DNA from: Enterobacteria phage P922
Strand: one strand, 5' to 3'
Sequence record: OR999189.1
DNA length: 64,000 nt
The notes beneath the pieces were generated by a model. It did not search any database, was not told the DNA's origin, and saw only the letters and a list, made by a program, of their open reading frames with translations. The position numbers and the translations under genes were made by a program. Positions within the stretch are counted from its first letter, which is position 1; the number at the start of each line of letters is the position of its first letter. Below are positions 1 through 10,033 of this stretch, piece by piece.

Positions 1-2178
1 ATGATTATCACCACTGAAAAAGAAACAATTCTTGGCAATGGTTCTAAATCAAAAGCATTTAGCATCACAGCATCTCCTAAAGTATTTAAAATTCTGTCAT
101 CTGATTTGTATACAAACAAGATTCGTGCAGTAGTCCGTGAATTAATTACTAATATGATTGATGCCCATGCACTTAATGGAAATCCTGAAAAATTTATCAT
201 ACAAGTTCCAGGACGATTAGATCCGCGATTTGTTTGTCGAGATTTTGGTCCGGGTATGAGTGATTTTGATATTCAGGGTGATGATAATTCTCCTGGGTTA
301 TATAATTCATACTTCAGTTCATCTAAGGCTGAATCTAATGACTTTATTGGCGGGTTTGGTTTAGGTTCTAAATCTCCGTTTAGTTATACTGATACATTTA
401 GTATTACTTCGTATCATAAAGGTGAAATTCGTGGTTATGTAGCTTACATGGATGGTGATGGTCCACAGATTAAACCTACATTCGTAAAAGAAATGGGTCC
501 AGATGATAAAACTGGTATTGAAATCGTAGTTCCAGTTGAAGAAAAAGACTTTAGAAACTTTGCTTATGAAGTTTCTTATATCATGCGACCATTCAAAGAT
601 TTGGCTATCATTAATGGTCTTGACCGCGAAATTGATTATTTTCCGGATTTTGATGACTATTACGGTGTAAATCCAGAAAGATACTGGCCTGATCGTGGTG
701 GATTATATGCTATCTATGGCGGTATTGTTTATCCTATCGATGGTGTTATTAGAGACCGTAACTGGCTAAGCATTCGCAATGAAGTGAATTACATTAAGTT
801 TCCAATGGGTTCACTTGATATTGCTCCATCTCGCGAGGCTCTTTCACTGGATGATCGTACTCGTAAAAATATTATTGAACGAGTTAAAGAACTCAGTGAG
901 AAAGCATTTAATGAAGATGTAAAACGATTTAAAGAATCCACATCTCCCCGTCATACATATCGTGAATTGATGAAGATGGGGTATTCTGCTCGAGATTATA
1001 TGATTAGTAATTCAGTCAAATTTACGACTAAAAATCTGTCATATAAGAAGATGCAAAGCATGTTTGAACCTGATAGTAAGTTATGCAATGCAGGAGTTGT
1101 GTATGAAGTAAATCTTGACCCTCGACTGAAGCGCATTAAGCAAAGTCATGAAACTTCAGCCGTTGCATCAAGTTATCGTCTGTTTGGTATTAATGCAACA
1201 AAAATTAATATCGTTATTGATAATATTAAAAATCGTGTTAATATTGTCCGTGGATTAGCACATGCGTTAGATGATAGTGAATTTAATAACACTTTGAATA
1301 TTCATCACAACGAACGCCTTCTGTTTATTAATCCAGAAGTAGAATCGCAGATTGATTTGCTTCCTGATATTATGGCGATGTTTGAAAGTGATGAAGTTAA
1401 CATTCATTATTTGTCAGAAATTGAGGCTTTAGTTAAAAGTTATATTCCAAAGGCAGTAAAAAGTACAGCTCCTCGTCCTAAAACTGCTACTGCATTTAAG
1501 TTTGAAATTAAAGACGGGCGCTGGGAAAAAGAGGAACTGTTTACGCTCACATCAGAAGCAGATGAAATTACTGGTTATGTAGCATACATGCATCGTTCTG
1601 ATATTTTCTCTATGGATGGTACTACATCGCTTTGTCATCCATCTACGAATATTTTGATTCGTATAGCTAATCTTATTGGCATTAATGAATTTTATGTTAT
1701 TCGTCCGCTTTTACAGAAAAAGGTAAAAGAACTTGGTCAGTGCCAATGTATTTTTGAAACTCTGCGTGATTTATATGTAGATGCTTTTGATGATGTAGAT
1801 TATGATAAGTATGTAGGTTATTCAAGTTCAGCTAAACGATATATTGATAAAATTATCAAGTATCCTGAACTAGATTTTATGATGAAGTACTTCAGTGTAG
1901 ATGAAGTTTCTGAAGAATATACACGACTCGCTAATATGGTTAGTTCATTACAGGGTGTATATTTCAACGGTGGAAAAGATACCATCGGTCATGACATCTG
2001 GACAGTAACTAATCTTTTTGATGTATTATCAAATAATGCTTCAAAAAACAGTGATAAAATGGTTGCTGAGTTTACCAAGAAATTCCGTATTGTTTCCGAC
2101 TTCATCGGTTATCGCAACTCTTTAAGTGATGATGAAGTTTCTCAAATCGCTAAAACTATGAAGGCCCTTGCGGCCTAA
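1..2178 (+). CDS. rIIA: rIIA protein (lysis inhibition / exclusion, membrane-associated)
   Basis: 725 aa ORF, same length as T4 rIIA; immediately upstream of an ORF beginning MYNIKCLTKNEQAEIVK (rIIB). Confidence 0.9.
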   Translation: MIITTEKETILGNGSKSKAFSITASPKVFKILSSDLYTNKIRAVVRELITNMIDAHALNGNPEKFIIQVPGRLDPRFVCRDFGPGMSDFDIQGDDNSPGLYNSYFSSSKAESNDFIGGFGLGSKSPFSYTDTFSITSYHKGEIRGYVAYMDGDGPQIKPTFVKEMGPDDKTGIEIVVPVEEKDFRNFAYEVSYIMRPFKDLAIINGLDREIDYFPDFDDYYGVNPERYWPDRGGLYAIYGGIVYPIDGVIRDRNWLSIRNEVNYIKFPMGSLDIAPSREALSLDDRTRKNIIERVKELSEKAFNEDVKRFKESTSPRHTYRELMKMGYSARDYMISNSVKFTTKNLSYKKMQSMFEPDSKLCNAGVVYEVNLDPRLKRIKQSHETSAVASSYRLFGINATKINIVIDNIKNRVNIVRGLAHALDDSEFNNTLNIHHNERLLFINPEVESQIDLLPDIMAMFESDEVNIHYLSEIEALVKSYIPKAVKSTAPRPKTATAFKFEIKDGRWEKEELFTLTSEADEITGYVAYMHRSDIFSMDGTTSLCHPSTNILIRIANLIGINEFYVIRPLLQKKVKELGQCQCIFETLRDLYVDAFDDVDYDKYVGYSSSAKRYIDKIIKYPELDFMMKYFSVDEVSEEYTRLANMVSSLQGVYFNGGKDTIGHDIWTVTNLFDVLSNNASKNSDKMVAEFTKKFRIVSDFIGYRNSLSDDEVSQIAKTMKALAA

Positions 2179-2189
2179 TAAGGAAAATT

Positions 2190-3128
2190 ATGTACAATAT
2201 TAAATGCCTGACCAAAAACGAACAAGCTGAAATTGTTAAGCTGTATTCAAGTGGTAATTACACCCAACAGGAATTGGCTGATTGGCAAGGTGTATCGGTT
2301 GACACAATCCGTCGTGTTTTGAAAAATGCTGAAGAAGCTAAACGCTCTAAAGTTACTATTAGCGGTGATATTACAGTTAAAGTTAATAGCGATGTAGTTA
2401 TTGCTCCAGTTGCTAAATCTGACATTATTTGGAATGCATCTAAAAAATTCATTTCAATTACTGTTGACGGTGTAACTTATAACGCAACTCCTAATACTCA
2501 TTCAAACTTCCAGGAAATTCTTAATCTGCTTGTAGCGGATAAGTTGGAAGAAGCGGCACAAAAAATTAATGTTCGTCGCGCTGTTGAAAAATATATTTCC
2601 GGCGATGTTCGAATTGAAGGTGGAAGCTTGTTCTATCAAAATATTGAATTGCGATCTGGTTTGGTTGATCGTATTCTTGACTCGATGGAAAAAGGCGAAA
2701 ACTTTGAATTCTATTTTCCATTCTTGGAAAATCTGTTGGAAAACCCAAGCCAAAAAGCGGTATCTCGACTCTTTGATTTCTTGGTAGCAAACGATATTGA
2801 AATTACAGAAGATGGTTACTTCTATGCTTGGAAAGTAGTTCGCAGTAATTACTTTGACTGTCATTCAAATACTTTTGATAACAGTCCTGGTAAAGTAGTT
2901 AAAATGCCACGTACTCGTGTAAATGACGATGATACACAAACTTGTTCTCGTGGTCTGCATGTGTGTTCTAAATCTTATATTCGTCACTTTGGTAGTTCAA
3001 CCAGTCGAGTTGTAAAAGTTAAAGTGCATCCGCGTGATGTAGTATCAATTCCGATTGATTACAACGACGCTAAAATGCGTACCTGCCAATACGAAGTAGT
3101 TGAAGACGTTACTGAACAATTTAAATAA
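2190..3128 (+). CDS. rIIB: rIIB protein
   Basis: 312 aa; N-terminus MYNIKCLTKNEQAEIVKLYSSGNY matches T4 rIIB as recalled; classic AAGGAAAATTATG start context. Confidence 0.9.
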   Translation: MYNIKCLTKNEQAEIVKLYSSGNYTQQELADWQGVSVDTIRRVLKNAEEAKRSKVTISGDITVKVNSDVVIAPVAKSDIIWNASKKFISITVDGVTYNATPNTHSNFQEILNLLVADKLEEAAQKINVRRAVEKYISGDVRIEGGSLFYQNIELRSGLVDRILDSMEKGENFEFYFPFLENLLENPSQKAVSRLFDFLVANDIEITEDGYFYAWKVVRSNYFDCHSNTFDNSPGKVVKMPRTRVNDDDTQTCSRGLHVCSKSYIRHFGSSTSRVVKVKVHPRDVVSIPIDYNDAKMRTCQYEVVEDVTEQFK

Positions 3129-3140
3129 GGGCTTCGGCCC
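3129..3140 (+). promoter_or_regulatory. intercistronic stem-loop GGGC-TTCG-GCCC followed by GAGG Shine-Dalgarno, no U-run
   Basis: perfect 4 bp stem with UUCG tetraloop 1 nt after rIIB stop; same cassette recurs near 41879 and 58896. Confidence 0.5.
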
Positions 3141-3156
3141 TTAACTGAGGAAAATT

Positions 3157-3351
3157 ATGTTAGGTTATCAAGCACGAGTAAAAGAAGAATACGATCAATT
3201 AATGCTCAAAATTAATGCACTGAGCAAATTTTTAGAAAGCGCAAAGTTTCTAACAGTTAATGCAGTTGAGCAAGAACTGTTACTTTCGCAGTTTATCTCA
3301 ATGAAATCTTATGCTGAATGTCTAGAGAAAAGAATTGCACAATTCAAATAA
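3157..3351 (+). CDS. hypothetical small protein (64 aa)
   Basis: ATG preceded by GAGGAAAAT; ORF followed by terminator hairpin. Confidence 0.5.
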   Translation: MLGYQARVKEEYDQLMLKINALSKFLESAKFLTVNAVEQELLLSQFISMKSYAECLEKRIAQFK

Positions 3352-3354
3352 AAT

Positions 3355-3377
3355 AAGGGCTTCGGCCCTTTTGTTTT
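3355..3377 (+). terminator. rho-independent terminator (GGGCTTCGGCCC plus T-run)
   Basis: GC stem with UUCG loop followed by TTTTGTTTT. Confidence 0.6.
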
Positions 3378-3437
3378 AAGAGAAATTATGATTTATTATA
3401 TGAATACCAGTGATTCAGACATAAAAGGAAAGTTTAA

Positions 3438-3995
3438 ATGCAGAAAACGAATCCGGGGTTACAGAGACTATTTCAGATTCCGACATTTACCCTATCGAAC
3501 AGTGACTTGACTAGTGAAATGAAGGTCAAAATTGTTGATACTGCAAGATACTCTTTAAAACAAAACCCAAATCAGGATAAGGCAGAAGTTATCGAAAGAT
3601 GCCGTATCGCTGTGTACGCAGAGTTTTTTGTAGCAGATTGGCTGAGCGGGTATGTTAACAAAGGTCAAGAAGATGTCGATGATCCGTACACATATGCATG
3701 GGATGTATTGGCGCATCCAAGATACTGCGGGCTTCGTGTAGAAGTTAAGACACATCAAACTGACTCACGTTGGATTTCGGTGACAACAGGATGCAGCGGA
3801 GAGTATCCATATGGTTCTGGAATAAATCTAGGGCCCATTCTAAATCATCAAGTCGCTGACTGTATAATTATATTCAACACTAAAGAAATTCATCCAGGTG
3901 TCATCCAATACACTCCGAAGTTCATCGGTGATAGAGAAGACCTTCGTAAGGTTGTAAGAAAAAGCAACTACAGCGGATGGTATCTTTCCATTTAA
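3438..3995 (+). CDS. denB: endonuclease IV (dC-specific ssDNA endonuclease)
   Basis: 185 aa, same length and genomic position as T4 DenB (between rIIB and ndd). Confidence 0.8.
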   Translation: MQKTNPGLQRLFQIPTFTLSNSDLTSEMKVKIVDTARYSLKQNPNQDKAEVIERCRIAVYAEFFVADWLSGYVNKGQEDVDDPYTYAWDVLAHPRYCGLRVEVKTHQTDSRWISVTTGCSGEYPYGSGINLGPILNHQVADCIIIFNTKEIHPGVIQYTPKFIGDREDLRKVVRKSNYSGWYLSI

Positions 3996-4055
3996 AAAAT
4001 TTCACAAAATGGTTTACATACCACAAGGACCGTGGTACTATACAACTATCAACTG
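3995..4055 (+). promoter_or_regulatory. T4-type early promoter (GTTTAC -35, TGGTACTATAC -10 region)
   Basis: AAAAAATTTCACAAAATGGTTTACA...GTGGTACTATACAACTATCAACT; near-identical copies at approx 7660 and 24570. Confidence 0.55.
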
Positions 4056-4075
4056 ATACGGATTTGGAGAGTAAA

Positions 4076-4339
4076 ATGAAATTTAAATTTTATTACGCTA
4101 AACATAAAATAACTGATGAGTTTGTGTCAGTTGAATATTCTAGCGATGATGAAGGCATGATTTATACTCGCTTAGGATTATCGCATTGGGAGTCTGATAC
4201 GCCTTATTTTTCAACTCCCGAAGAAATTACACGCTTAGTTAATGGTCATATGAATGACCACTGGAATGTAATTCTTTCGGATAGTCTTAAAAATGCTATT
4301 AACAATAATGAAATGAAAATCGCTGAGATTGAACTATGA
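4076..4339 (+). CDS. hypothetical protein (87 aa)
   Basis: internal ATG with GGAGAGTAAA SD; the longer track ORF (3977) would include the promoter and overlap denB. Confidence 0.45.
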   Translation: MKFKFYYAKHKITDEFVSVEYSSDDEGMIYTRLGLSHWESDTPYFSTPEEITRLVNGHMNDHWNVILSDSLKNAINNNEMKIAEIEL

Positions 4340-4422
4340 GTTCATTATGGTGGTGTTTTGTTTGGTTAATTAGTATTCCATTAATTTGTTTAACATTTAC
4401 TTTTGTAATGAGGTTATTATGA
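4336..4422 (+). CDS. tiny hydrophobic peptide (28 aa)
   Basis: ATGA overlap with upstream ORF; W/C/F-rich; hand-translated, not in ORF track. Confidence 0.25.
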   Translation: MSSLWWCFVWLISIPLICLTFTFVMRLL

Positions 4423-4517
4423 AAATTTTGAATTCTGTACTTATTGCTTGTGCGTGGTGGGTTGCACAGGTTTCAGCGGTAGTAGTTGGTATTCACATTT
4501 ATTACGAATATTTTTAA
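4419..4517 (+). CDS. tiny hydrophobic peptide (32 aa)
   Basis: GAGG SD, start overlaps previous stop; single predicted TM segment. Confidence 0.3.
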   Translation: MKILNSVLIACAWWVAQVSAVVVGIHIYYEYF

Positions 4518-4519
4518 AA

Positions 4520-4560
4520 AAAGTTGTTTACAAGACTGTTCTTCCGTGGTACTATTACCC
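4520..4560 (+). promoter_or_regulatory. T4-type early promoter
   Basis: AAAAAAAGTTGTTTACAAG...GTGGTACTATTACCCTATCAACT. Confidence 0.5.
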
Positions 4561-4583
4561 TATCAACTACGGAGGAACAGAAA

Positions 4584-4697
4584 ATGAAAAAGATTGTTAA
4601 AGCTATATGGAATGTAGTTATAATACTAGTAGTTTTGAGTATATTCCTAATCGTTTTAATGATTGATGTATTAAACGCTTACTTTGGATTTATGTGA
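4584..4697 (+). CDS. small membrane peptide (37 aa)
   Basis: GGAGGAACAGAAAATG start; hydrophobic core. Confidence 0.35.
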   Translation: MKKIVKAIWNVVIILVVLSIFLIVLMIDVLNAYFGFM

Positions 4698-4704
4698 GGA
4701 AAAT

Positions 4705-4902
4705 ATGAAGCGTAAACGCAGTGCTTTTACATTTATTGAATGGTTTTTCGATAATATTTTTCCAGCTTTATTCATTTTCATGTTGATTTTCGCCTTGGGT
4801 TCAGTTGTAGTTGGAATTTATTTGATGGCAGTTGTCGGAATGGACATTCATCAAAATGGCTTAAAATCTGTGGTTGAAACAATTTGGAATGGTGTAAAAT
4901 GA
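4705..4902 (+). CDS. small membrane protein (65 aa)
   Basis: GAGGAAAATATG start; two hydrophobic segments. Confidence 0.4.
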   Translation: MKRKRSAFTFIEWFFDNIFPALFIFMLIFALGSVVVGIYLMAVVGMDIHQNGLKSVVETIWNGVK

Positions 4903-5009
4903 TGAATTTGCTGAGTGGTTGGTTTTATATTCTTATGTTTTACATTGGTGCAAATTTCCCATACTGGATGGGATGGTCAACAACTGCGTTTGGATTTTAT
5001 ACTCCTTGA
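4899..5009 (+). CDS. tiny hydrophobic peptide (36 aa)
   Basis: ATGA overlap with previous ORF; hand-translated. Confidence 0.3.
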   Translation: MMNLLSGWFYILMFYIGANFPYWMGWSTTAFGFYTP

Positions 5010-5017
5010 GGTGAATT

Positions 5018-5233
5018 ATGAAAAGTTTTAAAGATGTAAAAGTTGGTGAAATTTTTTGTTTAGATAACGGTGATCAGTTAATTCGTATTTCACCTCTTAA
5101 GAGCACTAGCGAAAAAATGACAGTTAATGCTACTTTAGCAAATAACAGTAATGAACGTTTCTGTATTGAAAATGATACTGAAACTTATACCGTAGAAGAG
5201 TTTTGGGAATTGAGCGTCGACTGCGACGATTAA
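5018..5233 (+). CDS. hypothetical protein (71 aa)
   Basis: GAGGTGAATTATG start; followed by a GC-rich hairpin. Confidence 0.45.
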   Translation: MKSFKDVKVGEIFCLDNGDQLIRISPLKSTSEKMTVNATLANNSNERFCIENDTETYTVEEFWELSVDCDD

Positions 5234-5295
5234 TTTAATGGCCGCGTGTATTCTCATGCGGCCTTGGAGTAGAAAATAATTTAGAGGAAATTAAT

Positions 5296-5754
5296 ATGAA
5301 ATACATGACTGTTACTGATCTGAATAATGCAGGCGCTACTGTTATTGGTACAATCAAGGGTGGTGAGTGGTTTTTGGGAACTCCGCATAAAGATATTTTA
5401 TCTAAACCTGGATTTTATTTTTTAGTAAGTAAATTAGATGGTCGTCCATTTAGTAATCCATGTGTGTCTGCACGATTTTATGTAGGTAATCAGCGTTCTA
5501 AGCAAGGATTCAGTGCAGTTCTAAGTCATATTCGTCAACGTCGGTCTCAGCTTGCACGTACTATTGCAAATAACAATATGGTATACACAGTATTTTATCT
5601 GCCTGCTTCTAAGATGAAACCTCTGACGACGGGATTTGGAAAAGGACAGTTAGCTTTAGCGTTTACTCGTAATCATCATTCTGAGTATCAAACACTTGAA
5701 GAAATGAACCGTATGTTGGCTGATAATTTTAAATTCGTTTTGCAGGCATATTAA
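5296..5754 (+). CDS. ndd: nucleoid disruption protein
   Basis: 152 aa; size and position (upstream of stp/ac/52) as in T4. Confidence 0.8.
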
Positions 5755-5834
5755 TGAGTAATTTCCACAACGAACACGTGATGCAGTTCTATCGTAATAA
5801 TCTTAAAACTAAAGGCGTCTTCGGACGCCAGTGA
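5754..5834 (+). CDS. stp: Stp peptide (26 aa; restriction inhibitor / PrrC anticodon nuclease activator)
   Basis: hand translation [26 protein letters not shown] matches T4 Stp as recalled; TAATG overlap with ndd. Confidence 0.8.
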
Positions 5835-5841
5835 GGAAAAT

Positions 5842-6000
5842 ATGAATATCGCAAAATTATTAGGAGTTATTTCATTTATTTGTTGGATAGTAGCATGTGT
5901 TTTAACTATCTGTATTGATGCCAGCAGTGTGTTTTCGCAAGCTTTAGCTCAGGGTATGTGTGCATATTTAACATTTGTGTTGTTATCTACTAATGATTAA
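5842..6000 (+). CDS. ac: acridine-resistance membrane protein
   Basis: 52 aa hydrophobic ORF directly after stp with GAGGAAAATATG start; T4 ac is about 51 aa at this position. Confidence 0.6.
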   Translation: MNIAKLLGVISFICWIVACVLTICIDASSVFSQALAQGMCAYLTFVLLSTND

Positions 6001-6133
6001 GAAAATCTTGGGCTATTCATTAGCCCTTGCTATTTTATTGATAGCATTATATTACGGAATAATGTTCGGATTAATTCAAGTCGTGCTTTTCATTTCTGAT
6101 GTTATTATGGCACTACATTCACTAGTATGGTAA
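5993..6133 (+). CDS. small membrane peptide (46 aa)
   Basis: overlaps ac stop; hydrophobic; ends 4 nt before gene 52. Confidence 0.35.
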   Translation: MIKKILGYSLALAILLIALYYGIMFGLIQVVLFISDVIMALHSLVW

Positions 6134-6137
6134 ATTT

Positions 6138-7466
6138 ATGCAACTGAATAATCGCGATTTAAAAAGTATCATTGATAATGAAGCATTGGCTTATGCTATG
6201 TACACGGTTGAAAATCGTGCCATTCCAAATATGATTGACGGATTTAAGCCAGTTCAACGATTTGTTATTGCTCGAGCTCTTGATTTGGCACGAGGAAATA
6301 AAGATAAGTTTCACAAACTCGCTTCTATCGCAGGCGGTGTAGCGGACCTTGGATATCATCATGGTGAAAACTCTGCGCAAGACGCAGGTGCTTTGATGGC
6401 TAACACTTGGAATAATAACTTTCCTCTGTTAGACGGTCAAGGAAACTTTGGTTCTCGTACTGTTCAAAAAGCAGCGGCAAGTCGTTATATTTTTGCTCGT
6501 GTAAGTAAAAATTTCTATAACGTATATAAAGATACTGAATATGCTCCGGTACATCAAGATAAAGAACACATTCCTCCTGCTTTCTATTTGCCTATTATTC
6601 CTACTGTTCTTCTTAATGGTGTTTCCGGTATTGCAACTGGTTATGCAACTTACATTCTTCCTCATAGTGTTTCTTCTGTCAAGAAAGCTGTACTACAAGC
6701 TCTTCAAGGAAAGAAAGTAACTAAACCGAAGGTAGAATTCCCAGAATTTCGTGGTGAAGTCGTTGAAATTGATGGCCAATATGAAATTCGTGGAACGTAC
6801 AAGTTTACTTCACGAACCCAAATGCATATCACTGAGATTCCATATAAGTATGATCGTGAAACTTATGTGAGTAAAATCTTAGACCCGCTTGAAGATAAAG
6901 GCTTCATTACATGGGATGATGCTTGTGGTGAGCATGGCTTTGGCTTTAAAGTTAAATTCCGCAAAGAATACTCTTTGAGCGATAACGAAGAAGAACGTCA
7001 CGCGAAAATTATGAAAGACTTCGGGTTGATTGAGCGTCGTTCCCAGAATATTACCGTTATTAATGAGAAAGGAAAGCTGCAAGTTTACGACAACGTAGTT
7101 GATTTAATCAAAGACTTCGTTGAAGTTCGTAAAACTTATGTCCAAAAACGAATTGATAACAAAATCAAAGAAACTGAATCAGCATTTCGTCTAGCCTTTG
7201 CCAAGGCACATTTCATTAAGAAAGTAATTTCAGGTGAAATTGTGGTGCAGGGTAAAACTCGCAAAGAACTGACCGAAGAACTTTCTAAAATTGATATGTA
7301 TTCTTCTTATGTCGATAAACTAGTCGGAATGAATATTTTTCATATGACTTCTGATGAAGCAAAGAAACTTGCTGAAGAAGCTAAAGCTAAGAAAGAAGAA
7401 AACGAATATTGGAAAACTACTGATGTAGTTACAGAATACACCAAAGATTTAGAGGAAATCAAATGA
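6138..7466 (+). CDS. 52: DNA topoisomerase II medium subunit
   Basis: 442 aa; type II topoisomerase breakage-reunion motifs (PNMIDGFKPVQRF...); same length as T4 gp52. Confidence 0.9.
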   Translation: MQLNNRDLKSIIDNEALAYAMYTVENRAIPNMIDGFKPVQRFVIARALDLARGNKDKFHKLASIAGGVADLGYHHGENSAQDAGALMANTWNNNFPLLDGQGNFGSRTVQKAAASRYIFARVSKNFYNVYKDTEYAPVHQDKEHIPPAFYLPIIPTVLLNGVSGIATGYATYILPHSVSSVKKAVLQALQGKKVTKPKVEFPEFRGEVVEIDGQYEIRGTYKFTSRTQMHITEIPYKYDRETYVSKILDPLEDKGFITWDDACGEHGFGFKVKFRKEYSLSDNEEERHAKIMKDFGLIERRSQNITVINEKGKLQVYDNVVDLIKDFVEVRKTYVQKRIDNKIKETESAFRLAFAKAHFIKKVISGEIVVQGKTRKELTEELSKIDMYSSYVDKLVGMNIFHMTSDEAKKLAEEAKAKKEENEYWKTTDVVTEYTKDLEEIK

Positions 7467-7609
7467 GTCCATTCATAGGTATTACAAGCGCGGCATTAGT
7501 ATCTGGCGGCATTTTACTAGCGGGGGTAGGTGTTGTTCCTGCCGTAGCAGGAGGTCTTCTTGCGTTCGGAATTCAACGTGTTATCATGACAGTTATCACA
7601 GTCATGTAG
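7463..7609 (+). CDS. small Gly/Val-rich membrane peptide (48 aa)
   Basis: ATGA overlap with gene 52 stop; followed by terminator. Confidence 0.4.
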   Translation: MSPFIGITSAALVSGGILLAGVGVVPAVAGGLLAFGIQRVIMTVITVM

Positions 7610-7617
7610 TAATTTTA

Positions 7618-7644
7618 GGGAGAGCCTCGGCTCTCCCTTTTTTA
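7618..7644 (+). terminator. rho-independent terminator
   Basis: GGGAGAGCC-TCGG-CTCTCCC followed by TTTTTT. Confidence 0.65.
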
Positions 7645-7659
7645 TTTCAAAATTTTTTT

Positions 7660-7705
7660 CACAAAACGGTTTACAACCAAAGCATACTGTGGTACTATAC
7701 AACTA
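7660..7705 (+). promoter_or_regulatory. T4-type early promoter upstream of motA
   Basis: CACAAAACGGTTTACAACC...GTGGTACTATACAACTATCAACT. Confidence 0.55.
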
Positions 7706-7739
7706 TCAACTACTGATACAGAATTACGGAGATTAGAAA

Positions 7740-8375
7740 ATGTCTAAAGTAACTTACATCATCAAAGCTTCTAACGATGTTCTGAATGAAAAAACTGCTG
7801 CGATTTTAATTACCATTGCTAAGAAAGATTTCATTGCAGCTGCAGAAGTTCGTGAGGTGCATCCAGATTTAGGTAATGCAGTAGTTAATAGTAATATTGG
7901 GGTATTGATTAAAAAAGGCCTAGTAGAGAAATCTGGTGATGGATTAATCATTACTGGTGAAGCTCAGGATATTATTTCAAATGCAGCAACTTTATACGCA
8001 CAGGAAAACGCTCCTGAACTGCTGAAAAAACGAGCAACTCGTAAAGCTCGCGAGATTACTTCTGATATGGAAGAAGATAAAGACTTTATGTTAAAACTTT
8101 TAGATGAAAATGGATTTGTTCTTAAAAAGGTTGAAACTTATCGTAGTAACTATCTCGCTATTTTAGAAAAACGCACTCACGGAATTCGTAATTTTGAAAT
8201 TAACAACAATGGAAATATGCGAATTTTTGGATACAAAATGATGGAACATCATATTCAGAAATTTATTGATATCGGAATGTCATGTAAAATCGCTAAAAAC
8301 GGTAATGTGTATCTTGACATTAAACGCTCAGCAGAAAACATTGAAGCTGTAATCACCGTAGCATCTGAACTATGA
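7740..8375 (+). CDS. motA: middle-promoter transcription activator MotA
   Basis: 211 aa, same as T4 MotA; position between 52 and asiA. Confidence 0.9.
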   Translation: MSKVTYIIKASNDVLNEKTAAILITIAKKDFIAAAEVREVHPDLGNAVVNSNIGVLIKKGLVEKSGDGLIITGEAQDIISNAATLYAQENAPELLKKRATRKAREITSDMEEDKDFMLKLLDENGFVLKKVETYRSNYLAILEKRTHGIRNFEINNNGNMRIFGYKMMEHHIQKFIDIGMSCKIAKNGNVYLDIKRSAENIEAVITVASEL

Positions 8376-8385
8376 GGAATAAATA

Positions 8386-8715
8386 ATGAACAAGTTAGAA
8401 ATTATCAATGAACTTCGTCGTTGTGCAGAACCTACTCAAGAGGGTTGGGATATTTGGTACCATGGAGCTTATCTTGGAACTATTGTAAAGATTAAGACTG
8501 GTAAATACATGATTATTCGTGAAAGTAAAGATGCTCCAGTAGGTATTCGCAATAATTTTATGGCAGCAATAAGTTCATTTACAGATGCAGCTTACGAAAT
8601 TTACCTTGCTGATTATAAAGAATTCCAGGAATCTCAACCAGTTATTCGCTCAATTGGTGTTAACAAAGCTCAGCAGAAAACTTTGTGGCAGCGTATTAAA
8701 GGATGGTTTAAATGA
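8386..8715 (+). CDS. hypothetical protein (109 aa)
   Basis: ORF with SD; in the motA-arn accessory cluster. Confidence 0.5.
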   Translation: MNKLEIINELRRCAEPTQEGWDIWYHGAYLGTIVKIKTGKYMIIRESKDAPVGIRNNFMAAISSFTDAAYEIYLADYKEFQESQPVIRSIGVNKAQQKTLWQRIKGWFK

Positions 8716-9173
8716 ATCCATTTATTAATCGTTTAAAAATGTTGAATGTTCCTTTATCTCGTGAAACTCCAGAAAGTCTTGTTGAAAAATTTAAAGCACA
8801 TGGTTATAAATGCACAGAAGAAGATATTCTAAAAGAAGTTCCTGAAATCTGTTGGCAGACCGCATATTGGGACGAAAACCAAAAGTATCAACGACGAATT
8901 GTTTGCGCAGCCAACCGTTTTAAATTAAAAGATGGACGAACTCTTATTATTCCGGGTGCTCGTCATTATTCTAAAGATATGGCAGAAGTTTTAGATGTAG
9001 TTAAACCTCAATTAGTTACTCAGCAAGTTTGTGATGATGATCAAGGGTTTATTGACCAATATAGCAATTACTGGACACGTGAAGAAGCAATGATTATTGC
9101 AACTTACGCTGGACAAGTGCGTATTGAACGTGGTGGTAGTGAAAAAGAACTTTACTCTGAGGACCTTTACTAA
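8712..9173 (+). CDS. hypothetical protein (153 aa)
   Basis: ATGA-coupled to upstream ORF. Confidence 0.5.
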   Translation: MNPFINRLKMLNVPLSRETPESLVEKFKAHGYKCTEEDILKEVPEICWQTAYWDENQKYQRRIVCAANRFKLKDGRTLIIPGARHYSKDMAEVLDVVKPQLVTQQVCDDDQGFIDQYSNYWTREEAMIIATYAGQVRIERGGSEKELYSEDLY

Positions 9174-9469
9174 TGAATATTAAAAAGTTTCAAATTGATG
9201 GAATTACTAATCAAATCCAGGCGTTGGAATATGCCAATAAAATGATGTCAACCAATTGGGGAATTTATGCTAATGAACCTGCATTTCAGTTTTGTGATAT
9301 GGAATTCACTAAAAAGCTCGTAGGAAAAGATTATGTATGCCCATTTAGTTATCCAGTAAATGGAATGCTAAAACTTGCTTTACGCGATCTTTATATTGCG
9401 ATGAACGAAGAGATGATAAAAGAGCTAAAACGCCAACTGAAGGTGATTCAATTTGGCCAGGGAAATTAA
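9173..9469 (+). CDS. hypothetical protein (98 aa)
   Basis: TAATG-coupled to upstream ORF. Confidence 0.5.
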   Translation: MNIKKFQIDGITNQIQALEYANKMMSTNWGIYANEPAFQFCDMEFTKKLVGKDYVCPFSYPVNGMLKLALRDLYIAMNEEMIKELKRQLKVIQFGQGN

Positions 9470-9671
9470 TTCAAAATCCGATTATTTTAATTCTCTCAAC
9501 GATAAAGATAAAAATCTAATACGGCATTTTATTGTTGAGATGGGATATACCGATACACGCGATTTAAGAGAACATATATTTGAATGTGGTGTAGCTAAAA
9601 AGTTTTCATTCACATGCAAATGTTTAAGAGAGGTAATTCAGCACTATGAACAATTTAGTCGCAAAGCATAA
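9453..9671 (+). CDS. hypothetical protein (72 aa from TTG; 43 aa if first ATG is used)
   Basis: track start is TTG; first in-frame ATG is 87 nt downstream; start uncertain. Confidence 0.3.
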   Translation: MAREINSKSDYFNSLNDKDKNLIRHFIVEMGYTDTRDLREHIFECGVAKKFSFTCKCLREVIQHYEQFSRKA

Positions 9672-9754
9672 TTTTAATAAAGCTTCTGTTCATAAGGATA
9701 AGAAGAAAGCGTTTAAAGAATCTAATCGCAAACAGAAACATAAGGGGAAGGTCT

Positions 9755-10033
9755 ATGATTATTGATTCTCAGTCCGTGGTTCAATACACAATCAAAATTG
9801 ATATTCTAGAAAAGCTATATAAGTTTCTACCAAACCTATACCATTCAATTGTCAATGAATTAGTTGAAGAGTTACATCTTGAGAATAATGATTTCTTGAT
9901 TGGAACTTATAAAGACCTCTCAAAAGCAGGATATTTTTACGTAATTCCAGCTCCAGGAAAAAGTATTGATGATGTATTAGAAACTATAATGATTTATGTC
10001 CATGATTACGAAATTGAAGATTATTTCGAATGA
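9755..10033 (+). CDS. arn: anti-restriction nuclease (McrBC inhibitor)
   Basis: 92 aa acidic protein immediately upstream of asiA, as T4 Arn. Confidence 0.7.
   Translation: MIIDSQSVVQYTIKIDILEKLYKFLPNLYHSIVNELVEELHLENNDFLIGTYKDLSKAGYFYVIPAPGKSIDDVLETIMIYVHDYEIEDYFE

Noticed and set aside
2258-2864. Three minus-strand ORFs (64, 120, 74 aa) and one plus-strand ORF (72 aa) inside rIIB
   Set aside because: They lie entirely within, and antisense or out of frame to, the well-supported rIIB gene, have no ribosome-binding sites, and their hydrophobic translations are typical of A/T-rich antisense frames.
3977-4075. Upstream extension of the 120 aa track ORF
   Set aside because: The extension overlaps the denB 3' end and contains an early promoter; the internal ATG at 4076 with a Shine-Dalgarno sequence is the more plausible start.
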